DNA of 64,000 nucleotides from Fimbriosthenelais zetlandica (taxonomy: Eukaryota), in NCBI GenBank assembly GCA_977030845.1, contig OZ365110.1, positions 10,540,001-10,604,000 of the forward strand, in the 5' to 3' direction. The translations under genes and the position numbers were made by a program. Positions 37,401 through 48,129 of this stretch are shown here, in pieces. Below the pieces are notes generated by a model. That model was not told where the DNA came from. It saw nothing but the letters and a program-made list of their open reading frames with translations, and made no database searches. How positions within the stretch are numbered: position 1 is the first letter of the stretch; every line of letters starts with the position of its first letter.

Positions 37401-40400
37401 ATAGACAAATGGAACGAAACAGTCGTGCATTTGAACTGATGGCACAAGCCGCAAAATGAAATAGTCCAAATTGTTTATCCATATATCATAAAAAATTGCA
37501 AACATGAAATGAGGATAAGAGAACATTTATATTATTTACCTCATCACAGAGCCAGGGTGGGTCGTCTCCACTGTTGTCATGGGAGACGCGGACCTTGTAT
37601 ATGTCGCCGATGTTCCCAACGTTTATCTAAAAAGAGACAAAAAAAGATCTAGATCGAAATTTCTTCCAGTCTCAATGGCTGTTGTATAGGGTGTTGTACA
37701 ACCATAGCCTAAAACATTGATGTACAACAATAGTCTAAAGCATTGTTGTACAACCTTAGCCAGAATAATGCAATAATAAGCAATAGTCTAACTATTTCAT
37801 AAAAGTACTTTTTCATAAAAAACAGTACTTGAACAAAAACGCTCGACGAGGTGGCCCTTGCCGACCCTCGCCATTGGCGAGGGATCGGCGAGGGTGCCCT
37901 CGCCGAGGGATTGCATTGTTGAAGTCCTGCTTTTTTGAAAAAATTGCTTCGACAACTGCTTGTTATTGCATTGTCCAAGCACTGTATTGTCAAAAACATG
38001 GCTTGGTCAATGCAATCGCTCCGCGAGGGTACCCTCGCCGATCCCTCGCCATCGACGATTTTCTTGTACAACAGGGGGTATGAGTCATAATTATGAGAAA
38101 CCAATCGTTCCAACAGAAACAATAATATTTACTCCTGAGATTGTACAAATCGAGAGATGATCAGACTTCTTAATTCACTTCCTGATTACTCAAAAAACCG
38201 CCTGGTGAAGACCACCCACGAAATTAAATTCAGGCAAATAAAGAATTCTTCCATTTATTTTTAGCTGCTACCTTTTCAAATAAAATCGATTAAATCTAAA
38301 TTGCCACTACAGCCAAAGCAGTCGGGAGAGTGAAATAGAGAGAGTTTGTATCTTTGTTGCTAGTCTGCAATATACTCTGAGGCAAACAGATAAAAGCAGA
38401 AACAAGGTACAGAGAAGATTATAGGTAGAATTCTGTTAGTTTTCCTATAGAGACGCACAAACATTGAAGACCGTCAAGGTGCTGAATTTTTAATAGCTGT
38501 CTTTTTAACATTGGCTTTTCAACATGCTTCATCTCGCCGATAATGATAGTTCTGAATGATTGAGGTTCATCAATCAGCTATTAAAAAAATATGGGTGTGT
38601 TCCATCTGAGTTATTTTCTATAGACTTTCTTATGTTTGCCCTCATTGTATGTCAAACATTTAATACTCCGTTGTGTATTAATCTATATTTCATATTTATT
38701 TCATCTGTCACTTAGGCCTACAATGAGCTAAGATGTTTCCGAATAATATAGTAGGCCTACAGTAACTATCATAATCATTTTCCAGAATAACAAACAGTTC
38801 CATTTGTGTATTAGCATCTCCACATGTAGTTGAAATCGGCTTATCTTTTCAATGAATAATGGCATCCGAAACACCACATAATTAAATTGAGAAAAATGAC
38901 TGGAAATGTCTGAATTCAGTCGACTTGACAACTTAATTGTATCCCTCAATATTTTTTTAATTTATGAAGTTAATGTCCACATTGTTCTATCCCTCTAAAG
39001 GTTATGTACAGTTGGAAGTTAGTTTTGTCAACCCCTATCAAAATTTAAGGTTATCAGCGGTGAAATGTCAGATTTTGACATATTAAAATATTACAGATGA
39101 GTAAATAGAAAACGGAATGAAATATTATTACCAACTTAGTCTGATATGTTTACAATTCTTAAGTGCCTTTAGCCTCATTCATCTTGTTCCCACACTATAG
39201 GCTCTCATAGTGCTCAGAAAATCAATGAATCAATGGTTAGAGGTTCCCGATGGACGTATATATGTTCATTAAATAATGCACGGGACAGGTATCTCTAACA
39301 AATCATGAGGAGTGAAATACTTAGATACTCTATTTATCCTCCTGGTTGAACCAGGGTTTACATCAAAGCCTGATGGGTTCAAGGGGTGGATATAGTCAAT
39401 GATGGGTTTTACACTTGACCAAACAAAACGTTTAGTATAGATGTCCAATATGTAATACACATCTGTAGGATATGTCGTCATAGCTCGAATTCATTAACTC
39501 AAGGATGCCTATTATACAGGTTGGCAATGAAACCCACAGATTTTTTTCGTTATGCAATAAACACATGATTGTTTGAACAGAGGTGTACATTGACCAGTGA
39601 CGTCACCTTTGTCGAATTAGTGTCGGAAGCAAAATCGCAGCAATGGAGCATAGGATTAACGGTCGGACCCGACTGCTGTGTTAATAAATAGATTGATAAA
39701 ATAAAGAATGGAATTGGAAGTGGATGGTTGGATAGATTGATGCATAAAGATTATAATATATAGATGAAAGGGTTGATATATCATAAGTGAATGGAATGAA
39801 TGTATGAATGACATGATTTAATTAATGTATGAATCGATTAATGAAGCAATCGATGAATGAATGAATGAATGAATCGATCAATCGATTAATGAAATGAATT
39901 AATAAGGCAATGAATGAATGAATGAATGAATGAATAAATCGAGTTCAATCAATCAATCAATCAATTAATCGGTGAATCATATAAATAAATCATGGATGTA
40001 GAGGGGAGATCAAAACTGATAGCCAGTTGACACAGATCGACCTAATAATTGTGGGACTGCGACAGACTGGTAAACAAAAAGCGACATTCTATCAAGCGAT
40101 TCTATCAAAATTATATCTCTTAACGAAACGATAGCTATGGATCGGGGGAAATATGGCGGAGTCCAGCAGATAAACATCTTCGCTTCAAATTTCAGCTTAA
40201 GTGGATAACCATTGAATGCAATAATAGGATGGGAATGGCAGAGACAGCAAATGGGAAGAAGGTGATGAAAACATCAAGACTTACATCAAATTTAAATGGA
40301 TCAAGACTTACATCAAATTTAAATGGATCAAGACTTACATCAAATTCATCTGTGTTGCCAGGAGCAAAGGCTCCATCCTCACAGAGTGGGATGACGGGTG

Positions 40401-43400
40401 ACTGGCCCTTGGTGCCGTACGCCTGAAGCATGACATTAGCGGTAGTCCCAGCATGAGGGGATTCGTTAGTTGTAACCCAAGTCTGCCACTTGCCTCCTGC
40501 ACCAAAAATAATTATAAAAATGTGAAAAAATAATATTATGTCAACAGATGCAGGAATTAAAAGTAATTAGAGTCGATTAACTGTAATCGCAACTGCAATA
40601 CAGAAGGATCCTAAGGATTGTTAGTCTTAAAATTCGTCATTAGAAATACTTGTTTGTCTTGTTTGTTTTTTGTCCGTTTTTTTTGTGATAACAAGCAATA
40701 ACAAGCAATTCTCCGAGCACGTTTTTCAAGGAAACAGTACTTGAACAAAACAAACGCTCGACCATTGGCGAGGTTTCTACAAGAAGGGAATGATCAGTCA
40801 TCATAACCATCATTCATGAGCTAAATTTCTTCTTATAAATTTTTCTTGGCACACTTCCACATAGGGAGTGATCAATACTATCAGGAAGGTGTTCTATATT
40901 CTATAACGCCATGGTTATTTAATCTCTAGGGAGTGGAAACTTAGGTGTGGCCATATTTGTGCGACGGTGCTGAGTTTGCAGCTCTGCATTGTTGTGGGCA
41001 ATGGGCACCACACTTATCGCTCATCTCGCTTAAATCTTGTGGCGAATTAGAAGCACGACGGTCAAGGCCCGGAACGCTTATAGGCTTCTCAAATATGTTG
41101 ATAGAGGTCATGGTTTAGATGGAGAAATGCCAAAGACAGACTGGGATTCGAACCGGCAACATCGAGGTCAAAACTCCGAGGGAAAGTCGAGTGATGGTGC
41201 CTTCATGTGATAGTGAGCCCGATGCTCTTTTATATAGTGCTGCCTGACTGAGGTAGCCTATCACGTTGCAGCCACATGATCAGATACCCAGTCCCATTAT
41301 CCCGGAACCAGACCTGTTTCAAGACAATGCTTTAGCCTATTGTTATGAACCAGGTATCATGTCGCAGGCACATGGCATGATACCTCAAACAGCCACATTA
41401 TCCCGACATCCCAAAATAAGGACGGGACTCGGAGCCCAGTCCTGGAACACACTAATCCGATTCTCCATCCGGAACTATTTGATAGCTGTCCGAATCTATA
41501 TTTCTATTCACACCAAATGCGCGTAATTTGAACAGTCAATTAAATTATTAGTATTAGTGTGTTCCAGGCTTTAGAATACTTGCACTCACTGCGTGTCCGT
41601 GCAAGTGCTCCTGGGTCAGAAAGAAAAATCTTGCAATTTTCAAGGTGATCGTAATAACAAAGTTCCACTGTATAGCTTTGTATAGCTCAAGGTTGTTTGT
41701 CTTCACTACGCTACAAACTGATCATCAAAACACTAAGACCAATAAAAAAAAACCTTTGATGATTAATTAAACCAAATTTGATCCTTGAAATTGTCCAGGC
41801 CATTTTGGCACACGCTTTCCAATGAAACTCCTTTAAAACCAAAAAGCAAATAGCTTCACTTAATCTGTCAAAAGACCCAGGGATGAAACAATAGTGAAAT
41901 GAATCTATCTTAATGAAAAGAAATCTCTGAGAAATTTCTGTCATCCCTTCCACAGTCCAATGCAGGCAGGTGAAACAGCAGAAGTAAAATAATCGTTCGT
42001 TACGATGTTGCTGCAGTTACCGTAACCTTCCCTGAGTAAAAAGTTTGCCAAAGAAGATTGATTCAAAAGACTAGAGTGACATATTCCATTAAACCTTTAT
42101 TTAAAAAAAAAACAGATTGATCTAATAATTTTGCTAAGGCCATCACTGCGGCAATGCTTTAGACAGAGCCACCATGGCAGCAATAAATAAAGTATAAAGT
42201 TAATAAAATATTTAATTTAAAAATGTAGTCTAAAAATTAATAAAATATTTTACGATTATACCTTAATTATATATAGAATCATATTCCACAAATGCATTGT
42301 CACGAATAATCATAGATATCACTTCCTCTATAGAAGCTCTTGATGCGTTTTTGTATTTGTAAACAATGGCTACTGCGGATTGGAAAATATTGTTTGGGAC
42401 TGTGGAAGGACTATAAAGCATAACAACATGAAGCAATATGTGGATCGATACTTTGCACTTTGATCCCTGGGCCACCTGTACACATGGCAATTTACTATTC
42501 ATCAAGAGAAAGGAACAGGAAGGTTTCATGAAAATAAAGGCGTGGGTAGCTAAGGCTTGTATTCAGAGAACTGGGAAGGTTAATTAATTATGAATGGGTT
42601 CTATAGAGCATGGGAGGATTTCAACTTTCACAAGATCAACAATAGATACCGGGTAGTTGAGGAAGAGACAACATGTGAGGTTACAGAAGGAAAGTCTATT
42701 TTAACTATTTTAATTTGTAGGTTCTGCAGAAAATAATGTTTGACAAAAAAAATCGATTGTAGACTTTTTACAAATAATTGATTTGGAATCTAAATTATGC
42801 ATGCAGCTGCCATCAAAATTTATGTGCACTAGAACAAATAGAACAATGTCAAATTGTGGAGTTGTTTTGGATAACGCAAAAACAAAATATCCGTTATGTA
42901 TAATTATATAATAATTTCGCTTCCAAATGTATTATCATTAATGCGTTGTAATACGAACTTAATATAATTAGGAGAAATTAAGTTTGTAGAAAATAAATTG
43001 AATTTACGTCTATATGTGGAGCAGGTTTTGTCGAAATATAAATTATTTAAATTGTTTTGTTTAGAAAAGTGTACATATTCCTCAGATTGCGAGAGATTCA
43101 TAGACCAAATATTATGAAGTAATATAACCTATACACATGACACCATCGAGCATTTTTGCTCGATGATGACACTTCGAACATTAAACCTACTATTATAGTA
43201 CTATATGAGTGTTCAATATTGTCCATTCACCACAAGAGGCTAGAAGTAACTAACTGAGCCAACAAATTCACATCCCAGATGATACTAACCTATTGAAATG
43301 ATGGATCTACTGTGAAAACTGTCAGACCTATAGTGTCTTAAACAGACGAGCTAGGATTTGTGTGGCCCCGCTCATGACAGAGGCACCTTTTTATAGACAC

Positions 43401-45458
43401 ATGCGTCAGCGTGTTTCTTTGCTAAGAAAGCGATAAAAATACAAGCAAACAGAGGCATTCACAGTCTGTTCCAGGCATAAAATGTTCCTGTCGCAAATCT
43501 TGTGCAATTGCCAATAGCCCTATTGATTACTATTACTAGAATTTGTGATTCATTAGTTTTGTGAAGAATATTTAAAAACACGAGAAAGAATGCAGAACAT
43601 GTTCGTCCTATTCTGCACAAAGAATATGGGCTGGTGACACAGTAAAAGTGTGACAATTGCTTATATACAGGGTGTCTCAATACCAAACTTTATAGGACCA
43701 TCATTTTCAAACCATCTAGGAAAAAAGAAGGTACCAACAGAAAGTAGAAAGAAATTAGTTCAAAATGATACAATTATTACTGTCCTAGGGTCACGCATCA
43801 TCGAGCAGCATTGTTGTGCTGGGTACCTGCTAGTTTGCAAATGGTGGCCCTATAAAGTTGGGTACAGTTTTTATTGCGACACCCAGTTACTTGCAGGACA
43901 TGTTTCCTATAGACATGCTACATACCAATTCTGATATAGCCAGACTAACAGAAGTTACTCACGCGTTTTCATTTTTTCTTTTGCCTTTTGTTTTTCCTTT
44001 TGCTCTCGTACTACATCCAATATAAAGTCATGAGTTGTTTTTTTTTACTTTCTAACTTCAGCACTAGAACCATTTTTTCAGGATTTCAAAGAATAAATTG
44101 TTGATCTTTATAACAATTAACCGAATATGATCTTATTATATAGAATATAATTATAAACTTTTGCATAGAAAAAGGACAACTATGGTATATTATAATATAG
44201 AACTAACCAATGGGTAGTATGCGCTGAGGATAAATGGGAGGGCTTTGGCCCCAAGGTTTTAACCCCAATTAAGAATTCATTTTAATCTCATGGACAATAA
44301 ATATCAGGGATAGCATAAAATTAAGGATAACTTACGGGTGCGCAATTGTTTCTCTCTTGAATCCTTGAGTTTTTCAGCCACAGTCGGCTGGTGAGGTCGT
44401 GACTTCTTTTTGGATTCTCCCCAGGCTGCTAGTGGCTTGGGACTCCTGTCTTCATTAATAGGATGTGCCGGTGGATGAAATGATTCAGTGTCAGTACCAA
44501 CCAGGAAACAGTCTGGGCCTTTCAGTATTTCATCCAATGATCCTATCTAAAATAGAATAGAAGAGGTTGTTTTACTGAAATTACTGAAGTTTTTGCAGTA
44601 TGTTCACTCTAAGTTGATCCGAAACCAATTTGTTGTTGGTTGGAGTGGCAGGTCTGGGTAGGGTATATGATCCTGGGGCTTCCTGGGGCTGGATGTCCCT
44701 TGGGCTACGCCCTCGGGACACCCCTCCACCCTCAGGACATACCACCAGTCAGACCTGCCCTCGCTCAGTTCTATATATTTATGAATACTCACCTCTTTTC
44801 CCTTCTCTGTGAAGATTTTGCACGCCGGAATCCCAAAGCTTTCACCAATGTCATTGCTGAATTCAGGGAATTCTTGTGACGTTGCACGATTGAGAAGAAA
44901 TACCCTGCGAAACTCTGACTCTCCATTCCGGATGAATGTTAACTTTTTGGGTGGACGCTTCTTTGCATAGTACCCCGGATCAGAGCGCACACGGCCGACT
45001 TTCCTCGAAGCCGCTGCAGCTGGTTGAAGATAGCGATGTCGTCCACTCTTCAACTTCCCAGCATGCCAGGGTTTCAACCCACGTCTGGGAGACTCAGAGC
45101 TCTGTCCATATCTCTTACGACCTTCCATACAGAGGTAGGTCCGGTTTTGTTCGAACTGATTGAAGTCAGTGATGGTCCTCTTGCCACTGTGCGTCCGGAT
45201 GCCATTAACGGGGATTTTGACTCGCGCGCTGAGGTAATCATAGAGGGAGTCGAAATGTGGGAAACACTTTTGGTTGATGGAGACGATTCTCTCACAGGCA
45301 AAGGGGTTATTTGAGGGGATGAATTTCACCCGTCGGCTCACCTCCATGGCATGGGCAGCGTTGAAGGCATTTGCGATGGAGTAGAAATTGAGGTTGTCGG
45401 GGGCAGACTCAGTGGTGTCCTCCCCCATGGATGGGTCGGTGTCGTCAGTCTGAGACAT
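10414..45458 (-). CDS. RP1: RP1/RP1L1-like protein, long form: DCX-DCX, PLAT x2, beta-trefoil-like x2, Pro-rich linker, PLAT x2, micro-exon repeat array, PLAT; 3' end unresolved
   Basis: Core exons (minus): 45458-44793, 44546-44336, 40496-40339, 37626-37540, 37145-37013, 36675-36524, 36014-35936, 35056-34975, 34674-34584, 34091-33962, 33577-33474, 30299-30123, 29306-29091, 28356-28179, 27504-27304, 24406-24249, 23723-23631, 22919-22787, 21130-20982, 20592-20423, 19793-19738, [16 micro-exons], 12833-12777, 11302-11043, 10546-10414. All junctions are GT-AG and phase-consistent. DCX-like segments: RVKFIPSNNPF..FDSLYDYLSARV and KKLTFIRNGE..VFLLNR. PLAT motifs: YEVTTVTGDLWNAATDGNVYITIYGENGDTG, IGHD..GNGWFLD, RWLDEGEEDGKTVRE. 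About 1290 aa of core plus up to 275 aa from micro-exons. The symbol means a co-orthologue of RP1/RP1L1. Confidence 0.85.
11545..12569. mobile_element. Degenerate ~1-kb element with the termini of the AGCCTGGAGCACACTAATCC MITE family
   Basis: Left end AACCTGGAACACACTAATCCGATTCTCTATCC at 11545; right end GGATTAAAGAATCGGGTTAGTGTATTCGAGGCT at ~12537-12569. Confidence 0.5.
13672..13924. mobile_element. PIF/Harbinger-type MITE (copy 1)
   Basis: 27-bp TIR TGGCCCGTGTCCACGAGGCGACAAAAT with TAA on both sides. Nearly identical to 48130-48376. Confidence 0.9.
14227..19010 (-). CDS. Array of 16 symmetric (phase 1-1) micro-exons of the RP1-like gene, each encoding a GWxKVxxxLxxI-type peptide
   Basis: 19010-18945 GSEPNGWSMINEKLPEIINAKS; 18676-18614 EPNSWQKVAEHLPDILQGELK; 18221-18153 xKNQGWKMLRAAQALKSHLKPIT; 18036-17974 GNGWVSVNDHLKAIKALSLPK; 17798-17730 AKNQGWKMLRAALAVKSHLNPMK; 17398-17345 VRSGWELVSQNLTEINSQ; 16630-16586 GWQKANENLSAISKN; 16274-16230 GWSKVHDNLHNMLNR; 16015-15971 GWHKVTVNIPHISTS; 15795-15751 GWRKVSDNLTHINNT; 15635-15591 GWNKLSENLSQIQNG; 15145-15101 GWRKVGDNLTRINSA; 14963-14919 and 14714-14670 GWNKVARELPTMLNF; 14461-14417 GWIKVARELTTMLSF; 14262-14227 GWVKVNDKLPYI. 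Each has AG| and |GTRAG, a length divisible by 3 and no stop. Confidence 0.85.
14390..14985. repeat. ~250-bp tandem triplication, each unit carrying one micro-exon
   Basis: Units start near 14390, 14641 and 14891 (CCCTT(C/T)CTAAATGGACTA...). Units 2 and 3 are nearly identical. Confidence 0.9.
17640..18450. repeat. ~420-bp tandem duplication carrying two micro-exons; one duplicated exon has decayed
   Basis: 17700-18050 aligns with 18120-18445. The copy of the GNGWVSVNDHLK exon at 18428-18370 reads GNGRATVNDHFKAIIAFGY*, with an in-frame TGA and no donor. Confidence 0.8.
20061..20399. mobile_element. MITE family with TGTGAC(C)TGTTTTCATGAAA TIRs, TA-flanked
   Basis: TIR pair TGTGACCTGTTTTCATGAAA..GAGTCTAAAGTCGCA / TGCGACTTTAGACTC..CGTGAAAACACGTCACA. 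Other copies at 24070-24192, ~45810-46143 (partial) and 57795-58203 (TA on both sides). Confidence 0.8.
22171..22389. mobile_element. PIF/Harbinger-type MITE (AGCCTGGAGCACACTAATCCGATT family)
   Basis: TIR AGCCTGGAGCACACTAATCCGATTCTC...GAGAATCGGATTAGTGTGTTCCAGGCT, flanked by TGA/TAA. Other copies at ~41439-41570 and 51425-51606 (TAA on both sides). Confidence 0.85.
23095..23283. repeat. 22-bp minisatellite (~8 copies) with a palindromic core
   Basis: Unit CTGATCTGTCACAGATGTGTTG; the core ATCTGT-C-ACAGAT is self-complementary. Confidence 0.95.
23803..24017. mobile_element. hAT-like MITE (CAGGGTTCCCAG...CTGGGGACCCTG)
   Basis: CAGGG termini and repeated TTCCCTGA subterminal motifs. Related copies at 27558-28158 and 28664-28972. 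No clean 8-bp TSD. Confidence 0.7.
27558..28158. mobile_element. hAT-like MITE interrupted by a SINE
   Basis: CAGGGTTCTCAGCAG at 27558 and TTGGAACCCTG ending at 28158. Removing the SINE (~27821-28131) restores colinearity with 23803-24017. Confidence 0.75.
27827..28131 (+). mobile_element. Full-length tRNA-derived SINE
   Basis: GGGGAGTTAGCTCAGTTGGTTAGAGCG (A-box), GGTTCAATCCC (B-box), a hairpin-rich body and an A-tail after TTCTAACT. Four copies in the window. Confidence 0.9.
28664..28972. mobile_element. hAT-like MITE, third copy
   Basis: CAGGGTTCCAGCAGTTCATGAAAACAGAATTCCCTGAG...CGCTGGGAACCCTG. Confidence 0.75.
29417..29730 (+). mobile_element. Full-length tRNA-derived SINE, more diverged copy
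   Basis: Same head and body as 27827-28131. Flanked by TATATATTATATA / TATATATGATATA, a possible TSD. Confidence 0.9.
31072..31274. mobile_element. PIF/Harbinger-type MITE (AGCC..CTCCACTGCTGCGATT family)
   Basis: TIR AGCCGGGCCTCCACTGCTGCGATTTTGCTTGC...GCAAGCAAAATCGCAGCAGTGGAGACATGGCT with TAA on both sides. Second copy at 46272-46473. Confidence 0.85.
37692..38073. mobile_element. Palindromic non-autonomous element (TGTTGTACAA family)
   Basis: TGTTGTACAA...TTGTACAACA ends and internal CCCTCGCC/GGCGAGGG pairs; homologous to 10087-10309. Confidence 0.7.
39790..39975. repeat. Compound (GAAT)n/(ATCA)n microsatellite
   Basis: Runs of GAATGAATGAAT and ATCAATCAATCA are visible directly. Confidence 0.9.
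40279..40345. repeat. 27-bp tandem repeat that triplicates a 5' splice donor
   Basis: Minus strand TTTGAT|GTAAGTCTTGATCCATTTAAA repeated, giving GT donors at 40338, 40311 and 40284. Confidence 0.9.
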
Positions 45459-46271
45459 GGCTGCTAACAGTCGTCTACCTCAGTGTTATGCAACAGGCTT
45501 CTCCCAGAACTGAAAAAAAGCAAAGATAACATTTTAAGTCAGCAAAATAGGTCAGAAAGATATATACTTTTATAGATTTGGTGGCCAATTATTTAGGAGT
45601 CAACAGGACTTCCAAGTTAGAAAATATAGCAGTCCACCCCCAAATCGAGGAGTCTGCCATATTTTCGCTTGTCAATAAATAGATCTAGAACCGACCAAGG
45701 TGTGGGACAGGGGGTGGGGGGGGGGCGATATCAACACATGTCACATATAGGTGTTGATATCCAACACTAACTGCCACATCCCAAACCAAAGTCAGTTCTG
45801 GATTTACCTTTGACCATCGAAAACAATAAAACACGAGCGTTCCAATGATGTATAGCACAAGGAGATGTGAAAAAGGTTTATATTTTTAATAAAATTCCAA
45901 CAAATTAAAGTAGTGACTGCAAAAAGTAGAGAAAATGCCCATTTCAGACATCTGGACGAAATCTTGAAGGGACAACACGCACCAAGGTGAACTCTTCTCA
46001 ATTGCAATCTAAACAGTGTATAATTGTTTTTAATGCCAAAAATGCTAAGAGAAATAAATAGCTTGTTTACAAAACTTTCAGGCCTATAGAGCTGAATGGC
46101 CCGATGCATCGACTTTAGACTCATTTAGTGAAAACACATCACATATTGTATTCCTTATAGGCTTAAATAAAAAATAGACTACATTTCAAGAGTGCATCCT
46201 GGATATAGAGGAAGTACGAAACAGGCCATTTCCACCTTTTCATTATAAATTGGAACTCAAAGCCGGCTTAA

Positions 46272-46473
46272 AGCCAGTTCTCCACTGCTGCGATTCTTCC
46301 TTTGGATACTTTTGCGACAAAGGTGATGCTTGTGTAGGAATAAAATTTATGAATTTTAATCCAAGTATCCAAGGCCTTAAGGCCGTCCTCCAAAGGTAAT
46401 TTTGTTATTGAAACACAAGTTATCACCTTTGTCATTGAGGTGTAAGCAATATCGCAGCAGTGGAGTCCCGGCT
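46272..46473. mobile_element. PIF/Harbinger-type MITE (family of 31072-31274)
   Basis: AGCCAGTTCTCCACTGCTGCGATT...AATATCGCAGCAGTGGAGTCCCGGCT, flanked by TAA/TTA. Confidence 0.8.
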
Positions 46474-47016
46474 TTAGATTAACTGTACATTATACCTGGA
46501 ACCTGAAGGGACAAGTTTGATTGTTTCCAAACATGCAATAAAGTAATGGATATCACCAGGTCAAACTGACTAATAGTCAGGGTTTGGAACATTTGATATT
46601 GGTGTTTGATTTTGTAGCAGCAACAAGGGTCATTTTACATCCTGGAGAAAACATGTTACCGGCATGGCTACTTAGCCTACTCGTGGGTATTTCGATTCTC
46701 AGGAGGGACAGTGGAAGACATTTCTCTCCCCATCCCTCTCTCGCTATCTATCTGTCAATCTCTCAGTTTATCTGTCTGTCTACTCTTTCTATCTCTGTAT
46801 CTCCCTCCCTCACTCAACTCTCTCTCTCTTTTTCTGCCCATATTTAGAGACAACTTAAGCTCAGATCATTGAAGAATAGTATATACTGTTCCATTAAAAA
46901 AAGATGGAATTAGCCTAAACAGTACTATAGAATATGAATTATAAAACTCATATCTAGGCTATCGATAAAGAATTGTGGCAAGTAAATTCTAACTGAGGGA
47001 TAGCAAAAGAAGAAAA

Positions 47017-47055
47017 ATCATTTCTTATCAGTTTAGGAGGGCCCTGATAAGGGCC
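47017..47055 (-). terminator. Histone-type 3' stem-loop plus HDE-like element (copy 1)
   Basis: Sense strand: CCTAAAATAA-GGCCCT-TATC-AGGGCC-CTCCTAAACTGAT-AAGAAATGAT. The stem-loop is at 47055-47040, 43 nt after the stop codon. Confidence 0.75.
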
Positions 47056-47098
47056 TTATTTTAGGTAGGTAGAGACGCTAAAGTTGATGATGAGGTCA

Positions 47099-47422
47099 TT
47101 AGCCCTCCAGATCAGCGTCACAAACGTCCTGCCAATCGATGTCATACTTGTCTAGCAAATCATCCTCCATAGCGTCCAGTTGATCAGCGCTATCTTCTGC
47201 GTACTGTGTAAACATGTCCCTCACACCCTCCAGGGTGAGAATGCGCAGTCGCAGGTTGTAGCGCAGTGTTTTCCTGTCGTCGCGGAGGGCGCGCTGGTAA
47301 CGAGCGTTGATGGCCCGGATGTTGTTGTTCATCAGTATCAGCTGACGACAGACGCCGTTAAAACGACGTTCCATGACGCGCATCTTCTGGATCATTTCAA
47401 CAGCTCCCTGTGAAGTTTCCAT
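47099..47422 (-). CDS. Intronless 107-aa uncharacterised helical protein with a basic core and acidic tail (copy 1)
   Basis: TTGCCATGG start context; METSQGAVEMIQKMRVMERRFNGVCRQLILMNNNIRAINARYQRALRDDRKTLRYNLRLRILTLEGVRDMFTQYAEDSADQLDAMEDDLLDKYDIDWQDVCDADLEG*. GC content is high relative to the flanks, and the ORF is intact in a second copy. Confidence 0.8.
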   Translation of the reverse strand: METSQGAVEMIQKMRVMERRFNGVCRQLILMNNNIRAINARYQRALRDDRKTLRYNLRLRILTLEGVRDMFTQYAEDSADQLDAMEDDLLDKYDIDWQDVCDADLEG

Positions 47423-47685
47423 GGCAAATTTTGTTGGGTTTGAGACAAGGTGAAAAAGAAAAGGTTCTGACAATGTCAATGAGACCTGTTTCTTCTTGGT
47501 AACTTCAATGTGGAACTGAACGTGGAAGTGGGAGGTTTATTTCTCTTTACTGATGGAAGAATGTAATGGAGTAGAAGGCAGTAGAATATTCTGTAATATA
47601 GATGATAGTAGAATATAATTGATTGCTGGTTGTTGTTTGCTGATTAAGCAGAAGACAAGTTCTGTCTGCTAACCACATTGTCTGG

Positions 47686-47822
47686 TGTATTTATATGCCC
47701 CGAGGTGTCTCCCTCGTCACTCAGGTGAACGTCGCGCGAATCATTGACACCTGAGATGTCATGTGTCAAAATCACAATCTGCGATTAGCCTCAGTGTTAA
47801 AATGTCCAGATCGCGCGAACGT
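47686..47822 (-). promoter_or_regulatory. TATA box and conserved upstream motifs of small-ORF copy 1
   Basis: TATAAATA on the minus strand (47695-47688). TCGCGCGA at ~47736 and ~47811. The block is conserved in copy 2. Confidence 0.6.
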
Positions 47823-48129
47823 CGCTACAGTATGTCTTTCACACCTGCTGATATTAGTGAGTAGCTTGAGCAATGAGTAGACTTGTCACTTTTTGCGTGG
47901 CGGCCGGCTAATACCGGAAATTACAGACAGCAATTATTGTTGACGTTTTAAGGAATCACCTATATTTCCGCTTCCTGTTCTTCATCAGTTTTCCATGTAT
48001 GAGGCCTCATAGGAAGGTATACACAAGGACTGCGATATAAATAACATGGCTGATTTAATGGACTTCCCTTTACACTATGAGAAGAACTTAAGATATGTCA
48101 TCCACTGAATAGTGGAAAGGCGACATTTA

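Noticed and set aside
41060-41430. Second SINE family (minus-strand GGTTCGAATCCC B-box near 41140)
   Set aside because: Single copy here, no clear A-box and no definable ends; not enough support to annotate.
44604-44792. C-terminal 62 aa of ORF 44604..45458 as coding
   Set aside because: This is read-through past the GAG|GTGAGT donor at 44793 into an intron that ends in a MITE half-arm; DCX2 continues in exon 44546-44336.
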